40,634 nucleotides of DNA. Origin: a virus (lineage: Duplodnaviria; Heunggongvirae; Uroviricota; Caudoviricetes). Numbering within the stretch: the first letter of the stretch is position 1; each line of letters starts with the position of its first letter. The stretch is from IMG/VR virus record IMGVR_UViG_2585427727_000015, one strand, 5' to 3'. The translations under genes were made by a program, and so were the position numbers. Positions 8,533 to 16,270 of the stretch are shown piece after piece. Under the pieces are notes generated by a model. It had not been told where the DNA came from and did not search any database. It saw nothing but the letters and a program-made list of their open reading frames with translations.

Positions 8533-8946
8533 ATGGAAAGTAATATCAAAGGGTTAGTTGCCGCCGGGCATGCGCTGGCCGAAGACCACCAGAGAGCGAT
8601 TGAGTCAATTAAGCAGGCTGATTCGGCTGTTAAGTTGGCACACGAGAAGTTTTCGGCGCTGGCAGCGGAGAATGCGGGGCTGAATAAATTTATCGCACAG
8701 AGTTGCTACGTGTTTGATGGCGAGCAGGATGAGCTATCTGATGCGTATATCTGCGCAATAGACGGAAGGATGCCGCAAACCCCAGCCACCGATGCTTTCC
8801 TGGCTGAAATTGAACGCAAAGCAATCCGCAAGTTCATTAACAGCATTGAACACATCCTGCGTGACAAGTTGTCACCGTATGACACCGAAGAGATGCTTGA
8901 GGCCATGCGTATTTTTCTGGAAGAACAGGGAGGTGAGCAAAAATGA
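8533..8946 (+). CDS. Hypothetical protein (137 aa)
   Basis: ORF with GAGGG SD-like sequence upstream; no recognised motif. Confidence 0.5.
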   Translation: MESNIKGLVAAGHALAEDHQRAIESIKQADSAVKLAHEKFSALAAENAGLNKFIAQSCYVFDGEQDELSDAYICAIDGRMPQTPATDAFLAEIERKAIRKFINSIEHILRDKLSPYDTEEMLEAMRIFLEEQGGEQK

Positions 8947-9239
8947 CAATCACAAAACAACGAGTAGAAAAAATCATATATCGCCATGAAATGGGACTGA
9001 ACAGCGATGTCACTGCCGAAGAGGTTTATGACCTGGCTGTACTGGCGCTGAATTTATCAAATATCGCAAACCTGAAGCGATACGAGCTTGATATGGATGG
9101 TTGTGACTCGTTCGGTCAGGATTGTGGCGCTGACATGACTGAAGATCCTGATGGCGATTATGTCCTGTTTGATGACGTGGTTAAGTTGTTTGAGTTTGAT
9201 ACATTCGAAAGCCCAGCAAGGGGGACAACCAGTGAGTGA
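8943..9239 (+). CDS. Hypothetical acidic protein (98 aa)
   Basis: ATG overlaps preceding stop (ATGA); SD GGAGGTGA upstream. Confidence 0.5.
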   Translation: MTITKQRVEKIIYRHEMGLNSDVTAEEVYDLAVLALNLSNIANLKRYELDMDGCDSFGQDCGADMTEDPDGDYVLFDDVVKLFEFDTFESPARGTTSE

Positions 9240-9498
9240 GTCAAAATGCCAAATTAATGGCAATAAGATAGAACCGTGCGCGGCGTTGGCACAATCGCTG
9301 GAGTATGACGCTGAATACACGACGCGAAAAGGGCTTCTGAAATACAAAATTTATAACCATGCATTAATTAATTCACAAGACCTGATCATGCTGCGGTCTG
9401 GTGAATTTTCTAAATCGCCTATTCGAGTTTCATTTTGCCCGTTCTGTGGTGAAAGTCTGAAAACGTGGGAAGCGGAGGCAACCAGTGAGCAAGATTGA
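9232..9498 (+). CDS. Hypothetical protein with C-x-x-C motif (about 88 aa, GTG start)
   Basis: GTG 9232 preceded by AGGGGGA; contains CPFCGESL; longer ORF from 9151 would overlap the upstream gene. Confidence 0.4.
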   Translation: MSESKCQINGNKIEPCAALAQSLEYDAEYTTRKGLLKYKIYNHALINSQDLIMLRSGEFSKSPIRVSFCPFCGESLKTWEAEATSEQD

Positions 9499-10531
9499 TT
9501 ATCAGGCACTGCGTGAGTTAGCAAAACAGGCAACACAAGGAGAATGGGTTGCATTTATTTCGACGGGTACTGGTACGTATGCGGTGCATACGCCCGGTGA
9601 TAAACGATGTGAAGACGTTATCAAATGGACCGGCTTTGATGGACAGAAAAACGCAGAGAACAACGCTCGTTATATCGCAGCTTTCAACCCTGAAGTAGTA
9701 CAGGCACTGCTGGATGAGAACGAAAGCATGTGCCGCGACCTCATTGCTCGCAATGGTGAGATTGAAGGGCTTCGAAAACTGGTTGCTGAGCTTGAAGAGA
9801 CAAAATCAAAACTCAACGAGCAGCGTGAATATTATGAAGGTGTTATCTCGGATGGGAGTAAGCGTATTGCTGAACTGGAGAAAAGCGAAGAGCAGCTCAT
9901 TAACGAGCGTGACCATGCTGAGTCTGCTTTAGCTGATATGTATTTTGCAGCAACCGGGGATAGGCCGGAGTGGAGTAACTGTTTCAGTTTTTCAGATGCC
10001 GTCGATGCCGTGGTTGACAGAATTGCTGATTTAGAAGCTAAACAGTCATCGCCAGTAGTGCCGGATAATGCATCAGAGCCTCTTGCTTATGCTTACAAAG
10101 AGCTTACGCCTGAGATTATGCGCAACCATTTAGCTGTATTCGAGCGATATGGAATAGCCCCAAACGATAGCTCTACCACAATTCAGGCGCTTCGTATTGC
10201 GCTGGCATCGCTGGAAGCAGAGCCGATAGCGTGGCGATATCGCTACGTGAAAAAAGGTGTTACGGACTCTCAGGGGGAGCCGTGGGTTGGTGACTGGAAA
10301 TATGTACCGACAAAAGAGGATTGCAACGACAGGCCGAGCTATGAGATTCAGGCCTTATTCACTGCCCCGCCAGTCCCGGTGACATCAGAAGGACTGGTTA
10401 AAGCCGTGCGTTTCTATGAACAGGTTAAGCGTGAAAATCCGCCAGTCGAAACCGGAGCATGGAGAGACGCTGTTGACTGGGTGCTCAAAGAGGCTTGCCA
10501 GGCTGTAAACATTGGTACCAAAGGAGATTGA
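9485..10531 (+). CDS. Ead/Ea22-like family protein (coiled-coil middle region)
   Basis: 348-aa ORF; N-terminal QALRELAKQATQGEW and central coiled-coil typical of lambdoid Ea22-like proteins; GTG start with GGAGG SD. Confidence 0.55.
   Translation: MSKIDYQALRELAKQATQGEWVAFISTGTGTYAVHTPGDKRCEDVIKWTGFDGQKNAENNARYIAAFNPEVVQALLDENESMCRDLIARNGEIEGLRKLVAELEETKSKLNEQREYYEGVISDGSKRIAELEKSEEQLINERDHAESALADMYFAATGDRPEWSNCFSFSDAVDAVVDRIADLEAKQSSPVVPDNASEPLAYAYKELTPEIMRNHLAVFERYGIAPNDSSTTIQALRIALASLEAEPIAWRYRYVKKGVTDSQGEPWVGDWKYVPTKEDCNDRPSYEIQALFTAPPVPVTSEGLVKAVRFYEQVKRENPPVETGAWRDAVDWVLKEACQAVNIGTKGD
10196..10230 (+). repeat. Direct repeat copy 1 (about 33 bp, 23-bp perfect core) shared by adjacent genes
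   Basis: CTGGCATCGCTGGAAGCAGAGCC at 10202-10224, identical to 10635-10657; both encode IALASLEAEPI. Confidence 0.7.
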
Positions 10532-10532
10532 T

Positions 10533-11348
10533 ATGAGCACTTTTACCGACAAAGAACTGATTAAAGAAATCAAAGAGCGCATAGGCAGTCTGGACGTTCG
10601 AGACAATATTGAGCGCCGTGCTTATGAAATTGCACTGGCATCGCTGGAAGCAGAGCCTATTGGTGAAGTTTCAGAGAAGCGACACGGCCTTGTTATGGAT
10701 GGAACGGTAGACCTTGGCGGGAAATCAACTTATCGCATCATTAAGGGAGAAAAAGCGATGAAGTTGTTGCCGTTGGGGACGAAGTTTTATACCGCACCGC
10801 CAGTAATACAGGCTGATGTCGCGCAAGCAATTGAAAATCTCAAGCAGAAATTAGTGGAATGCAATCGCTATAACTACTGCGCAGATGCAGTTAAGGGCGT
10901 AGAGGATGCCTGCCACGCTGCCATGCTTCAGGGTATCCAACCTGTAAGCCAAACTTACAACTTGCCAGAATTAATCGAAGGCATGGAGGTTTCCATTGAT
11001 GTAAGCACTTGTGATGCTGATTTAGGTAATCGCTATTTCGGCACCGTCACCGAGGCGTTAGAACTTGATACAGCCAAGAATGGTTACATCCTCCTGGTTC
11101 AGGACGCAGAGCCAAACTTCGATGTAAATGGCAACTCTCCGGGAACTCCGGATAGTTGGATAAGCTGTAGTGATCGAATGCCCGCTCAAGATGATTGGAT
11201 TTTAATTTATTCAAAGCACGGTGAGTATATGGCAGGACAGGTACAAGAGGAATACGTGGAGTTGAGCGACGGCACTTTATCGTGGTTAGGGAACGCCTTG
11301 TACTGGATGCCGCTACCAGAACCGCCGCAGGAGGTTAACCGTGGCTAA
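10533..11348 (+). CDS. DUF551-domain protein (paralogous N-terminal segment shared with upstream gene)
   Basis: C-terminal W...DRMPAQDDWILIY...WMPLPEPP matches the DUF551 signature; AAGGAG SD before ATG 10533. Confidence 0.55.
   Translation: MSTFTDKELIKEIKERIGSLDVRDNIERRAYEIALASLEAEPIGEVSEKRHGLVMDGTVDLGGKSTYRIIKGEKAMKLLPLGTKFYTAPPVIQADVAQAIENLKQKLVECNRYNYCADAVKGVEDACHAAMLQGIQPVSQTYNLPELIEGMEVSIDVSTCDADLGNRYFGTVTEALELDTAKNGYILLVQDAEPNFDVNGNSPGTPDSWISCSDRMPAQDDWILIYSKHGEYMAGQVQEEYVELSDGTLSWLGNALYWMPLPEPPQEVNRG
10629..10663 (+). repeat. Direct repeat copy 2
   Basis: See copy 1. Confidence 0.7.
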
Positions 11349-11622
11349 CCTGCAACTTGCCGTCAAAGGTGAATACTTCGATGCCATGATTCGCGGAGAG
11401 AAAACGGAAGAGTATCGCTTGTGTAATGACTACTGGAATAAGCGAATTATGTTCCGGGAGTATGACCGCCTGATTATCACAAAGGGATATCCGAAGCGCG
11501 ACGATTCCAGCCGTAGAATTGATGTTCCGTATGACGGATATGAAATCAAGACAATCACACATCCGCACTTCGGCGATAAACCGGTAAAGGTGTTCGCGAT
11601 AAAGGTGAATATTGATGGCTAA
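11341..11622 (+). CDS. ASCH/DUF3850-like small protein
   Basis: 93-aa ORF; KGEYFDAMIRGEKTEEYR pattern resembles ASCH-type domains. Confidence 0.45.
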   Translation: MANLQLAVKGEYFDAMIRGEKTEEYRLCNDYWNKRIMFREYDRLIITKGYPKRDDSSRRIDVPYDGYEIKTITHPHFGDKPVKVFAIKVNIDG

Positions 11623-11953
11623 ATCAGCAGCAGAGCGCAAAGCCGCTCAGAGAGCCAGACAAGCTGCATCTGGTGTGCGTAAGCTGGAAATTGTGCTTGA
11701 TGCTCAGGAAATTGAAATGCTGGAGCGTAACTGTGCCACGCGTCGCCCCGGGCGTGCGCCTTACGAATTTGGTGAGTATATAGCGTTACTGATCCGCCAG
11801 GATGATGCACGCGTGCGCGGGCGTATAAAATCGATCAGCAGAAAATGTTGCGGTAAGTGCGGCGAGAGAGTTCCAGTTAATTCATGCCCGTGTAATGGTG
11901 ACTCGCAATGCTGGGTGACTAAAGGCTGGCATGAAACGAAATTAATAGTGTGA
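11615..11953 (+). CDS. Cys-rich hypothetical protein (possible zinc-binding regulator), last gene before packaging module
   Basis: 112-aa ORF, C-terminal CCGKCGERVPVNSCPCNGDSQCW; stop codon lies inside palindrome GTGACATGTCAC. Confidence 0.5.
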   Translation: MAKSAAERKAAQRARQAASGVRKLEIVLDAQEIEMLERNCATRRPGRAPYEFGEYIALLIRQDDARVRGRIKSISRKCCGKCGERVPVNSCPCNGDSQCWVTKGWHETKLIV

Positions 11954-11961
11954 CATGTCAC
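11950..11961. repeat. 12-bp perfect palindrome GTGACATGTCAC (copy 1 of 2)
   Basis: Identical to 32190-32201; both overlap a stop codon and precede an intrinsic terminator. Confidence 0.8.
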
Positions 11962-12002
11962 GAGTAGATTATGCATGATGAATTTGATGGGTTTTGAATA
12001 CT

Positions 12003-12028
12003 GCCGCCAACTATGGCGGCTTTATTTT
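12003..12028 (+). terminator. Rho-independent terminator upstream of terS
   Basis: GCCGCC-AACTAT-GGCGGC followed by TTTATTTT. Confidence 0.7.
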
Positions 12029-12032
12029 GCAT

Positions 12033-12064
12033 GGTACTATTACCACAACGGTAACTATTACCAC
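12033..12064 (+). repeat. Tandem direct repeat GGTA(A)CTATTACCAC x2 immediately upstream of terS start
   Basis: ACTATTACCAC at 12036-12046 and 12054-12064; each copy contains GGTA...TACC half-sites in outward arrangement. Confidence 0.6.
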
Positions 12065-12071
12065 GGTGGTT

Positions 12072-12668
12072 ATGATGCCTGCTGAACCTAAAACCTATAA
12101 ACGCAAATCAACGCAATTTAAGCCACTAACAGCAATGCAGGAGGCTTATTGCCAGTCATACATCAAAACGCCTGAAAACCAGACTCAGGCAGCGATTAAC
12201 GCAGGATTCTCCCCAAATACAGCGGCAGTTAAAGCCAGTGTCATGATGCGCGATGAACGCATTCAAAAACGGATTGCCGAGTTGATGGAGGAGCGCAACA
12301 AACGAATGCGCGTCAGTGCTGATTACGTTCTCATGCGCCTGGTGGAGATCGACCAGATGGACGTGATCGACATCCTCAACGACGATGGGAGCCTTAAACC
12401 AATCCGTGAGTGGCCGAAAATCTGGCGCACTACGCTTAGTGGCTTTGATCTGTCATCGACCATCATGAACATGAACGAGGATTCGATAGAGACAATCCTC
12501 AAAAAAATTAAATGGCCTGACAAGGTGAAGAACCTTGAGCTGATTGGTAAGCATGTTGATGTCAACGCGTTCAAAGAACGTCTGGATGTTAATGTGAATG
12601 TGACAATTGCTGATCGCATAGCAGCAGCCAGGAAGCGACTCAAAGAACGTCAGGATGGTAATCAGTGA
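12072..12668 (+). CDS. terS: Terminase small subunit
   Basis: FKPLTAMQEAYCQSY...AAINAGFSPNTAAVKASVMMRDERIQKRIAE matches the N-terminal pattern of Terminase_2-type small subunits; ATG 12072 with GGTGG SD; directly precedes terL. Confidence 0.75.
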   Translation: MMPAEPKTYKRKSTQFKPLTAMQEAYCQSYIKTPENQTQAAINAGFSPNTAAVKASVMMRDERIQKRIAELMEERNKRMRVSADYVLMRLVEIDQMDVIDILNDDGSLKPIREWPKIWRTTLSGFDLSSTIMNMNEDSIETILKKIKWPDKVKNLELIGKHVDVNAFKERLDVNVNVTIADRIAAARKRLKERQDGNQ

Positions 12669-14140
12669 CAGATACAGCGTTATCTCCTGAAGAGCAGTTG
12701 ATCGAGGATATTGCAGGGTTCACTCACGATCCGCTTGGCTATGCCCTCTATGCGTTCCCGTGGGGGGAAGAGGGGACTGAACTGGCACATGCTACCGGCC
12801 CACGTCAGTGGCAGGCTGATGCGTTCCGAGAGATACGTGATCACCTGCAGAATCCAGAGACGCGCTATCAGCCGCTTATGTTGGCACGCGCTTCTGGTCA
12901 CGGTATTGGTAAATCCGCATTCATCTCAATGCTGATCAACTGGGGCATGTCCACTTGCGAGGATTGTAAGGTCGTGGTGACCGCCAACACCGACAACCAG
13001 CTACGAACGAAGACCTGGCCGGAAATTATCAAGTGGTCGAACCTTGCTATCACGAAAGACTGGTTTACCTGTACCGCTACCGCGATGTACAGCAATGACC
13101 CAGGGCACGACAAGCGGTGGCGGGCTGACGCAATACCCTGGTCTGAGCACAACACTGAGGCATTCGCCGGACTACACAACGAGCGCAAACGCATCATCGT
13201 GGTATTCGATGAAGCGTCGAACATTGCCGATCTGGTGTGGGAGGTAGCAGAGGGTGCGCTGACGGACGAAGACACCGAAATCATCTGGGTGGCGTTCGGG
13301 AACCCGACGCGTAACACCGGGCGTTTCCGTGAATGTTTCCGCAAGTACAAACACCGCTGGAAGTGTGCGCAGATTGACAGCCGGACGGTGGAAGGCACTA
13401 ACAAACAGCAGTTGCAGAAATGGGTTGATGACTACGGGGAAGACAGCGACTTCGTTAAAATCCGTGTGCGCGGCATATTCCCTGATGCATCTGAATTGCA
13501 GTTTATCCCTACCGGTCTTACTGACGAGGCAATGAAACGGGTGGTAACCGCTGCGCAGGTTGCACATGCTCCGGTGATAATCGGCGTTGACCCGGCGTAC
13601 TCCGGCGTTGATGACGCTGTGATATACCTGCGGCAGGGGCTGCACAGTAAGGTGCTATGGACTGGCAACAAGACCACTGACGATCTGATTATGGCGAAGC
13701 GTATCGCTGACTTTGAAGACCAGTACCAGGCTGACGCAGTGTTCATCGACTTCGGTTACGGAACTGGTCTGAAGTCAATCGGTGACGGCTGGGGTCGTAC
13801 ATGGCAACTTGTTCCGTTCGGTGGCGCGTCTACTGACCCGCAGATGCTCAATAAGCGCGGGGAGATGTTCAACTCATGCAAGACGTGGCTGAGGCTGGGC
13901 GGCATGCTTGATGACCAGGAAACAGCGGACGACCTGTCGGCGGCAGAGTACAAAGTTCGAGTGGACGGTAAAATCGTTATCGAACCGAAGGAAGATATCA
14001 AGGAGCGGCTTGGGCGTTCTCCTGGTAAAGGCGATGCGCTACTGCTGACGTTTGCTTTCCCGGTCTCGAAACGCATAAATATACCAGGACAGCAAAGCCA
14101 GCAGGGAAGGGCCATAACGGATTATGACCCATTTGAATGA
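12665..14140 (+). CDS. terL: Terminase large subunit (ATPase/nuclease)
   Basis: 491-aa ORF, GTG start overlapping terS stop; Walker A-like GHGIGKS and downstream nuclease-like region. Confidence 0.9.
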   Translation: MTDTALSPEEQLIEDIAGFTHDPLGYALYAFPWGEEGTELAHATGPRQWQADAFREIRDHLQNPETRYQPLMLARASGHGIGKSAFISMLINWGMSTCEDCKVVVTANTDNQLRTKTWPEIIKWSNLAITKDWFTCTATAMYSNDPGHDKRWRADAIPWSEHNTEAFAGLHNERKRIIVVFDEASNIADLVWEVAEGALTDEDTEIIWVAFGNPTRNTGRFRECFRKYKHRWKCAQIDSRTVEGTNKQQLQKWVDDYGEDSDFVKIRVRGIFPDASELQFIPTGLTDEAMKRVVTAAQVAHAPVIIGVDPAYSGVDDAVIYLRQGLHSKVLWTGNKTTDDLIMAKRIADFEDQYQADAVFIDFGYGTGLKSIGDGWGRTWQLVPFGGASTDPQMLNKRGEMFNSCKTWLRLGGMLDDQETADDLSAAEYKVRVDGKIVIEPKEDIKERLGRSPGKGDALLLTFAFPVSKRINIPGQQSQQGRAITDYDPFE

Positions 14141-14143
14141 TTT

Positions 14144-14545
14144 TTACTTTTGTGATTTTGATTTTCTTTGATTGGCGGGATTTAAACCGCCATTTATATT
14201 TGCTAGTGGATTATTCAATAATGTACTGATTTCTGGGTTGTTAATTTTAGCAATGCCTAAATTTTTTGCAGACTCGTTAATCATTTGTACTATCTTTGGA
14301 TCAGCAAGTCTATTTGCAATTGAGTTGTTTGTTGTCAAATGAATACTTTCTTTATAAGACTTATATTCGTCTTTTAATTGTTTGTGAGCTTTTTCTAGAT
14401 TTTCTAGTTTAGATGTTGTTTCATCAATAACCTTAGATAATTCTAAAATACGAGCTTGTGCTGCGCGCAGTTCTATCTCCCTCTCTTTCAATTCAGATGT
14501 GAGTTGTCCCATTCTGTCTTTTGAAAGAATTATTTCCTCTTTCAT
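14144..14545 (-). CDS. AT-rich moron ORF, coiled-coil protein (133 aa), possibly C-terminal part of a frameshifted longer protein
   Basis: Low-GC ORF with heptad-like charged repeats; 5' end overlaps upstream ORF across an A8/T8 tract (14556-14563). Confidence 0.5.
   Translation of the reverse strand: MKEEIILSKDRMGQLTSELKEREIELRAAQARILELSKVIDETTSKLENLEKAHKQLKDEYKSYKESIHLTTNNSIANRLADPKIVQMINESAKNLGIAKINNPEISTLLNNPLANINGGLNPANQRKSKSQK
14173..14201 (+). terminator. Plus-strand intrinsic terminator ending the terS-terL transcript (embedded in 3' end of minus-strand moron ORF)
   Basis: TGGCGG-GATTTAAA-CCGCCA followed by TTTATATTT. Confidence 0.5.
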
Positions 14546-14993
14546 ATCTTGAATGTTTTTTTTCAGCGCCTGTTTTTACTTTTTCGTAAGTAATGTCTTT
14601 TTTAGCCAGCAATCTCTGTAGCCGTGTTTCACGTTGTATTTTTCTTGCCTTCCGGTGATTTTCGATTGAGTCATTATTATCAAGAGGCTTTGCTTGCCAT
14701 ACGTTAATGATATTGTTTACCCATGGTAATAGGCAGCAGATAGTAATTACAGATAAGCATGGATAAAACATAACAGTTTTCCATGTACTGTTATCTGAGA
14801 TATATGAAATTTTATCTATTATATTTGATTTGCTAAAAAATAGATAAAGAAGTGATTTCCAGTTGAAGGCGCACCAGGACATAACAAAAGCACCAAGCAC
14901 AGGGTTTTTAGCTCGATGCACGGCAGTGTTGGCAGTAGATAAAAACAGCTCTTTGAACGATTCGAACATACTAATTACCTTAAAGTTTTTCAT
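14493..14993 (-). CDS. AT-rich moron ORF, predicted membrane protein (about 166 aa, two hydrophobic segments), possibly N-terminal part of a frameshifted longer protein
   Basis: ATG 14993 (MKNFKV...); hydrophobic stretches NPVLGAFVMSWCAFNWKSLLYLFF and TVMFYPCLSVITICCLLPWVNNII; operator-like ATACC-N5-GGTAA at 14998-15012 overlaps RBS. Confidence 0.5.
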   Translation of the reverse strand: MKNFKVISMFESFKELFLSTANTAVHRAKNPVLGAFVMSWCAFNWKSLLYLFFSKSNIIDKISYISDNSTWKTVMFYPCLSVITICCLLPWVNNIINVWQAKPLDNNDSIENHRKARKIQRETRLQRLLAKKDITYEKVKTGAEKKHSRYERGNNSFKRQNGTTHI

Positions 14994-15028
14994 GATTATA
15001 CCTTTAAGGTAATTTGTGGTCATCAGGC

Positions 15029-15054
15029 AAAAAAAATGCCCGGACGAACCGGGC
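15029..15054 (-). terminator. Rho-independent terminator downstream of tRNA-Arg
   Basis: Minus strand GCCCGG-TTCGT-CCGGGC followed by T8. Confidence 0.7.
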
Positions 15055-15218
15055 GAACTGGAAGCAATGAGTTCTGCCTTCCGTGGCTGTACGGGTTTAC
15101 AGCATGAAGTCATCGCAATGGCGTCCTGCTGTAAAAAAGGACGGTGATAGTCCTTCAAGGGAAACCATCACCGCCAAGCACCTGGAACTTCTGGCATCAC
15201 GGTCCTTAGGCGTGATTC

Positions 15219-15295
15219 TGGCGTGGCATGCAGGATTCGAACCTGCGACCAACCGCTTAGAAGGCGGTTGCTCTGTCCAACTGAGCTAATGCCAC
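15219..15295 (-). tRNA. tRNA-Arg (anticodon UCU, reads AGA), argU-like
   Basis: 77-nt cloverleaf: acceptor GTGGCAT/ATGCCAC, D-arm GCTC...GAGC, anticodon stem ACCGC/GCGGT with loop CTTCTAA, T-arm GCAGG-TTCGAAT-CCTGC, 3' GCCA. Confidence 0.9.
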
Positions 15296-15617
15296 AACGC
15301 TGAGAGCACTTAGCCTGTTAAGGCGCCACACTTTGTCGCGGCTCCATAAATGCTCTCATCGTTGTACCCTCGTCTCTTCCGAGGCGTCACACCGAATCGC
15401 CGGGATGGTGAATCCACGTGCGCGGAATAAAACCGCTCGACTTGCACATTCCGGCTACCTGGTTCGTTTGCCCGAGCAAGGGAGGGTGCCCCTTAAACGT
15501 ATCCAGACCGCTATCGGCGCATGTGCCATACGCCGTACTGCTCAAAATAAAAGCTCACTCCACCTGTTCAATTTAACGACAAGCCAGTCAGGTTAATAAC
15601 CGGAATGAACTCTCTGC

Positions 15618-15632
15618 TTACCTGAAAGGTAA
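15618..15632. promoter_or_regulatory. Operator-like palindrome TTACCTGAAAGGTAA upstream of head-gene operon
   Basis: Perfect copy; the 17-nt string TTACCTGAAAGGTAATA is identical at 34573; extended -10-like TGGTAATAAT lies about 60 bp downstream. Confidence 0.5.
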
Positions 15633-15722
15633 TAATTCGTGCGTTAAATGTCAACCATCTACGATAAATAAATCACATGTGGTTAAATTGGTAATAATTT
15701 AATTGCGTACGGAGTCATTGAT

Positions 15723-15929
15723 ATGTGCATGGGTAGCTCACCATCAGTGCCTGCAACACCAGAAGTTCAGGCAGCACCACAGGAGCAGGATGCCGCCGTT
15801 GTTGATGCCCGCGACGAAGAAACACGTCGCCGTCGCGCTGCTGCTGGTCGTAGTTCTACGCTGCTTACCGGTTCTCAGGGCGACACATCAACCGCTAATA
15901 CCAGCGGTAAAACGCTACTTGGTCAGTAA
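15723..15929 (+). CDS. Small hypothetical protein (68 aa) preceding portal
   Basis: ATG with GGAG SD; its translation-initiation region CGGAGTCATTGATATG is duplicated (15/16) at the portal start 15931-15946. Confidence 0.5.
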   Translation: MCMGSSPSVPATPEVQAAPQEQDAAVVDARDEETRRRRAAAGRSSTLLTGSQGDTSTANTSGKTLLGQ

Positions 15930-15943
15930 CCGGAGTCATTGAA

Positions 15944-16255
15944 ATGGCGGAAACAACTAAAGAGCGATTGAACAAACAGTTCGCACAACTTGAAAGCGAG
16001 CGTCAGTCGTTCGAGCCGCACTGGCGCGAGTTGAGTGATTACATCAACCCGCGTGGTTCCCGCTTTCTGACTTCTGAGGTCAACCGTAACGATCGACGCA
16101 ATACACGCATTATTGATTCGACCGGGACTATGGCGGCGCGCACTCTCGCCAGCGGCATGATGTCAGGCATCACAAGCCCCGCGCGTCCGTGGTTTCGCCT
16201 GGCTACGCCAGATCCTGAAATGATGGATTATGGCCCTGTTAAGTTGTGGCTTTAG
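15944..16255 (+). CDS. Portal (head-tail connector) protein, N-terminal segment ending at in-frame TAG 16253-16255
   Basis: Same reading frame as 16271-17623 with a single stop between; GTMAARTLASGMMSGITSPARPWFRLATPD resembles (from memory) the T7 gp8 N-terminal region. Confidence 0.6.
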   Translation: MAETTKERLNKQFAQLESERQSFEPHWRELSDYINPRGSRFLTSEVNRNDRRNTRIIDSTGTMAARTLASGMMSGITSPARPWFRLATPDPEMMDYGPVKLWL

Positions 16256-16270
16256 GCGGGGCAGAACCGC

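Noticed and set aside
11994-12071. Longer terS start at 11994 (TTG)
   Set aside because: The extension would run through the intrinsic terminator at 12003-12028 and has no RBS; ATG 12072 with GGTGG SD fits better.
15219-15295. tRNA as possible amber suppressor explaining the TAG in the portal gene
   Set aside because: Anticodon loop reads CTTCTAA, giving anticodon UCU (Arg); it cannot decode UAG.
15333-15596. 87-aa plus-strand ORF in the tRNA-adjacent non-coding region
   Set aside because: No RBS, Arg/Ser-rich low-complexity translation, and it sits in a GC-rich stretch that looks like tRNA flank; treated as non-coding.
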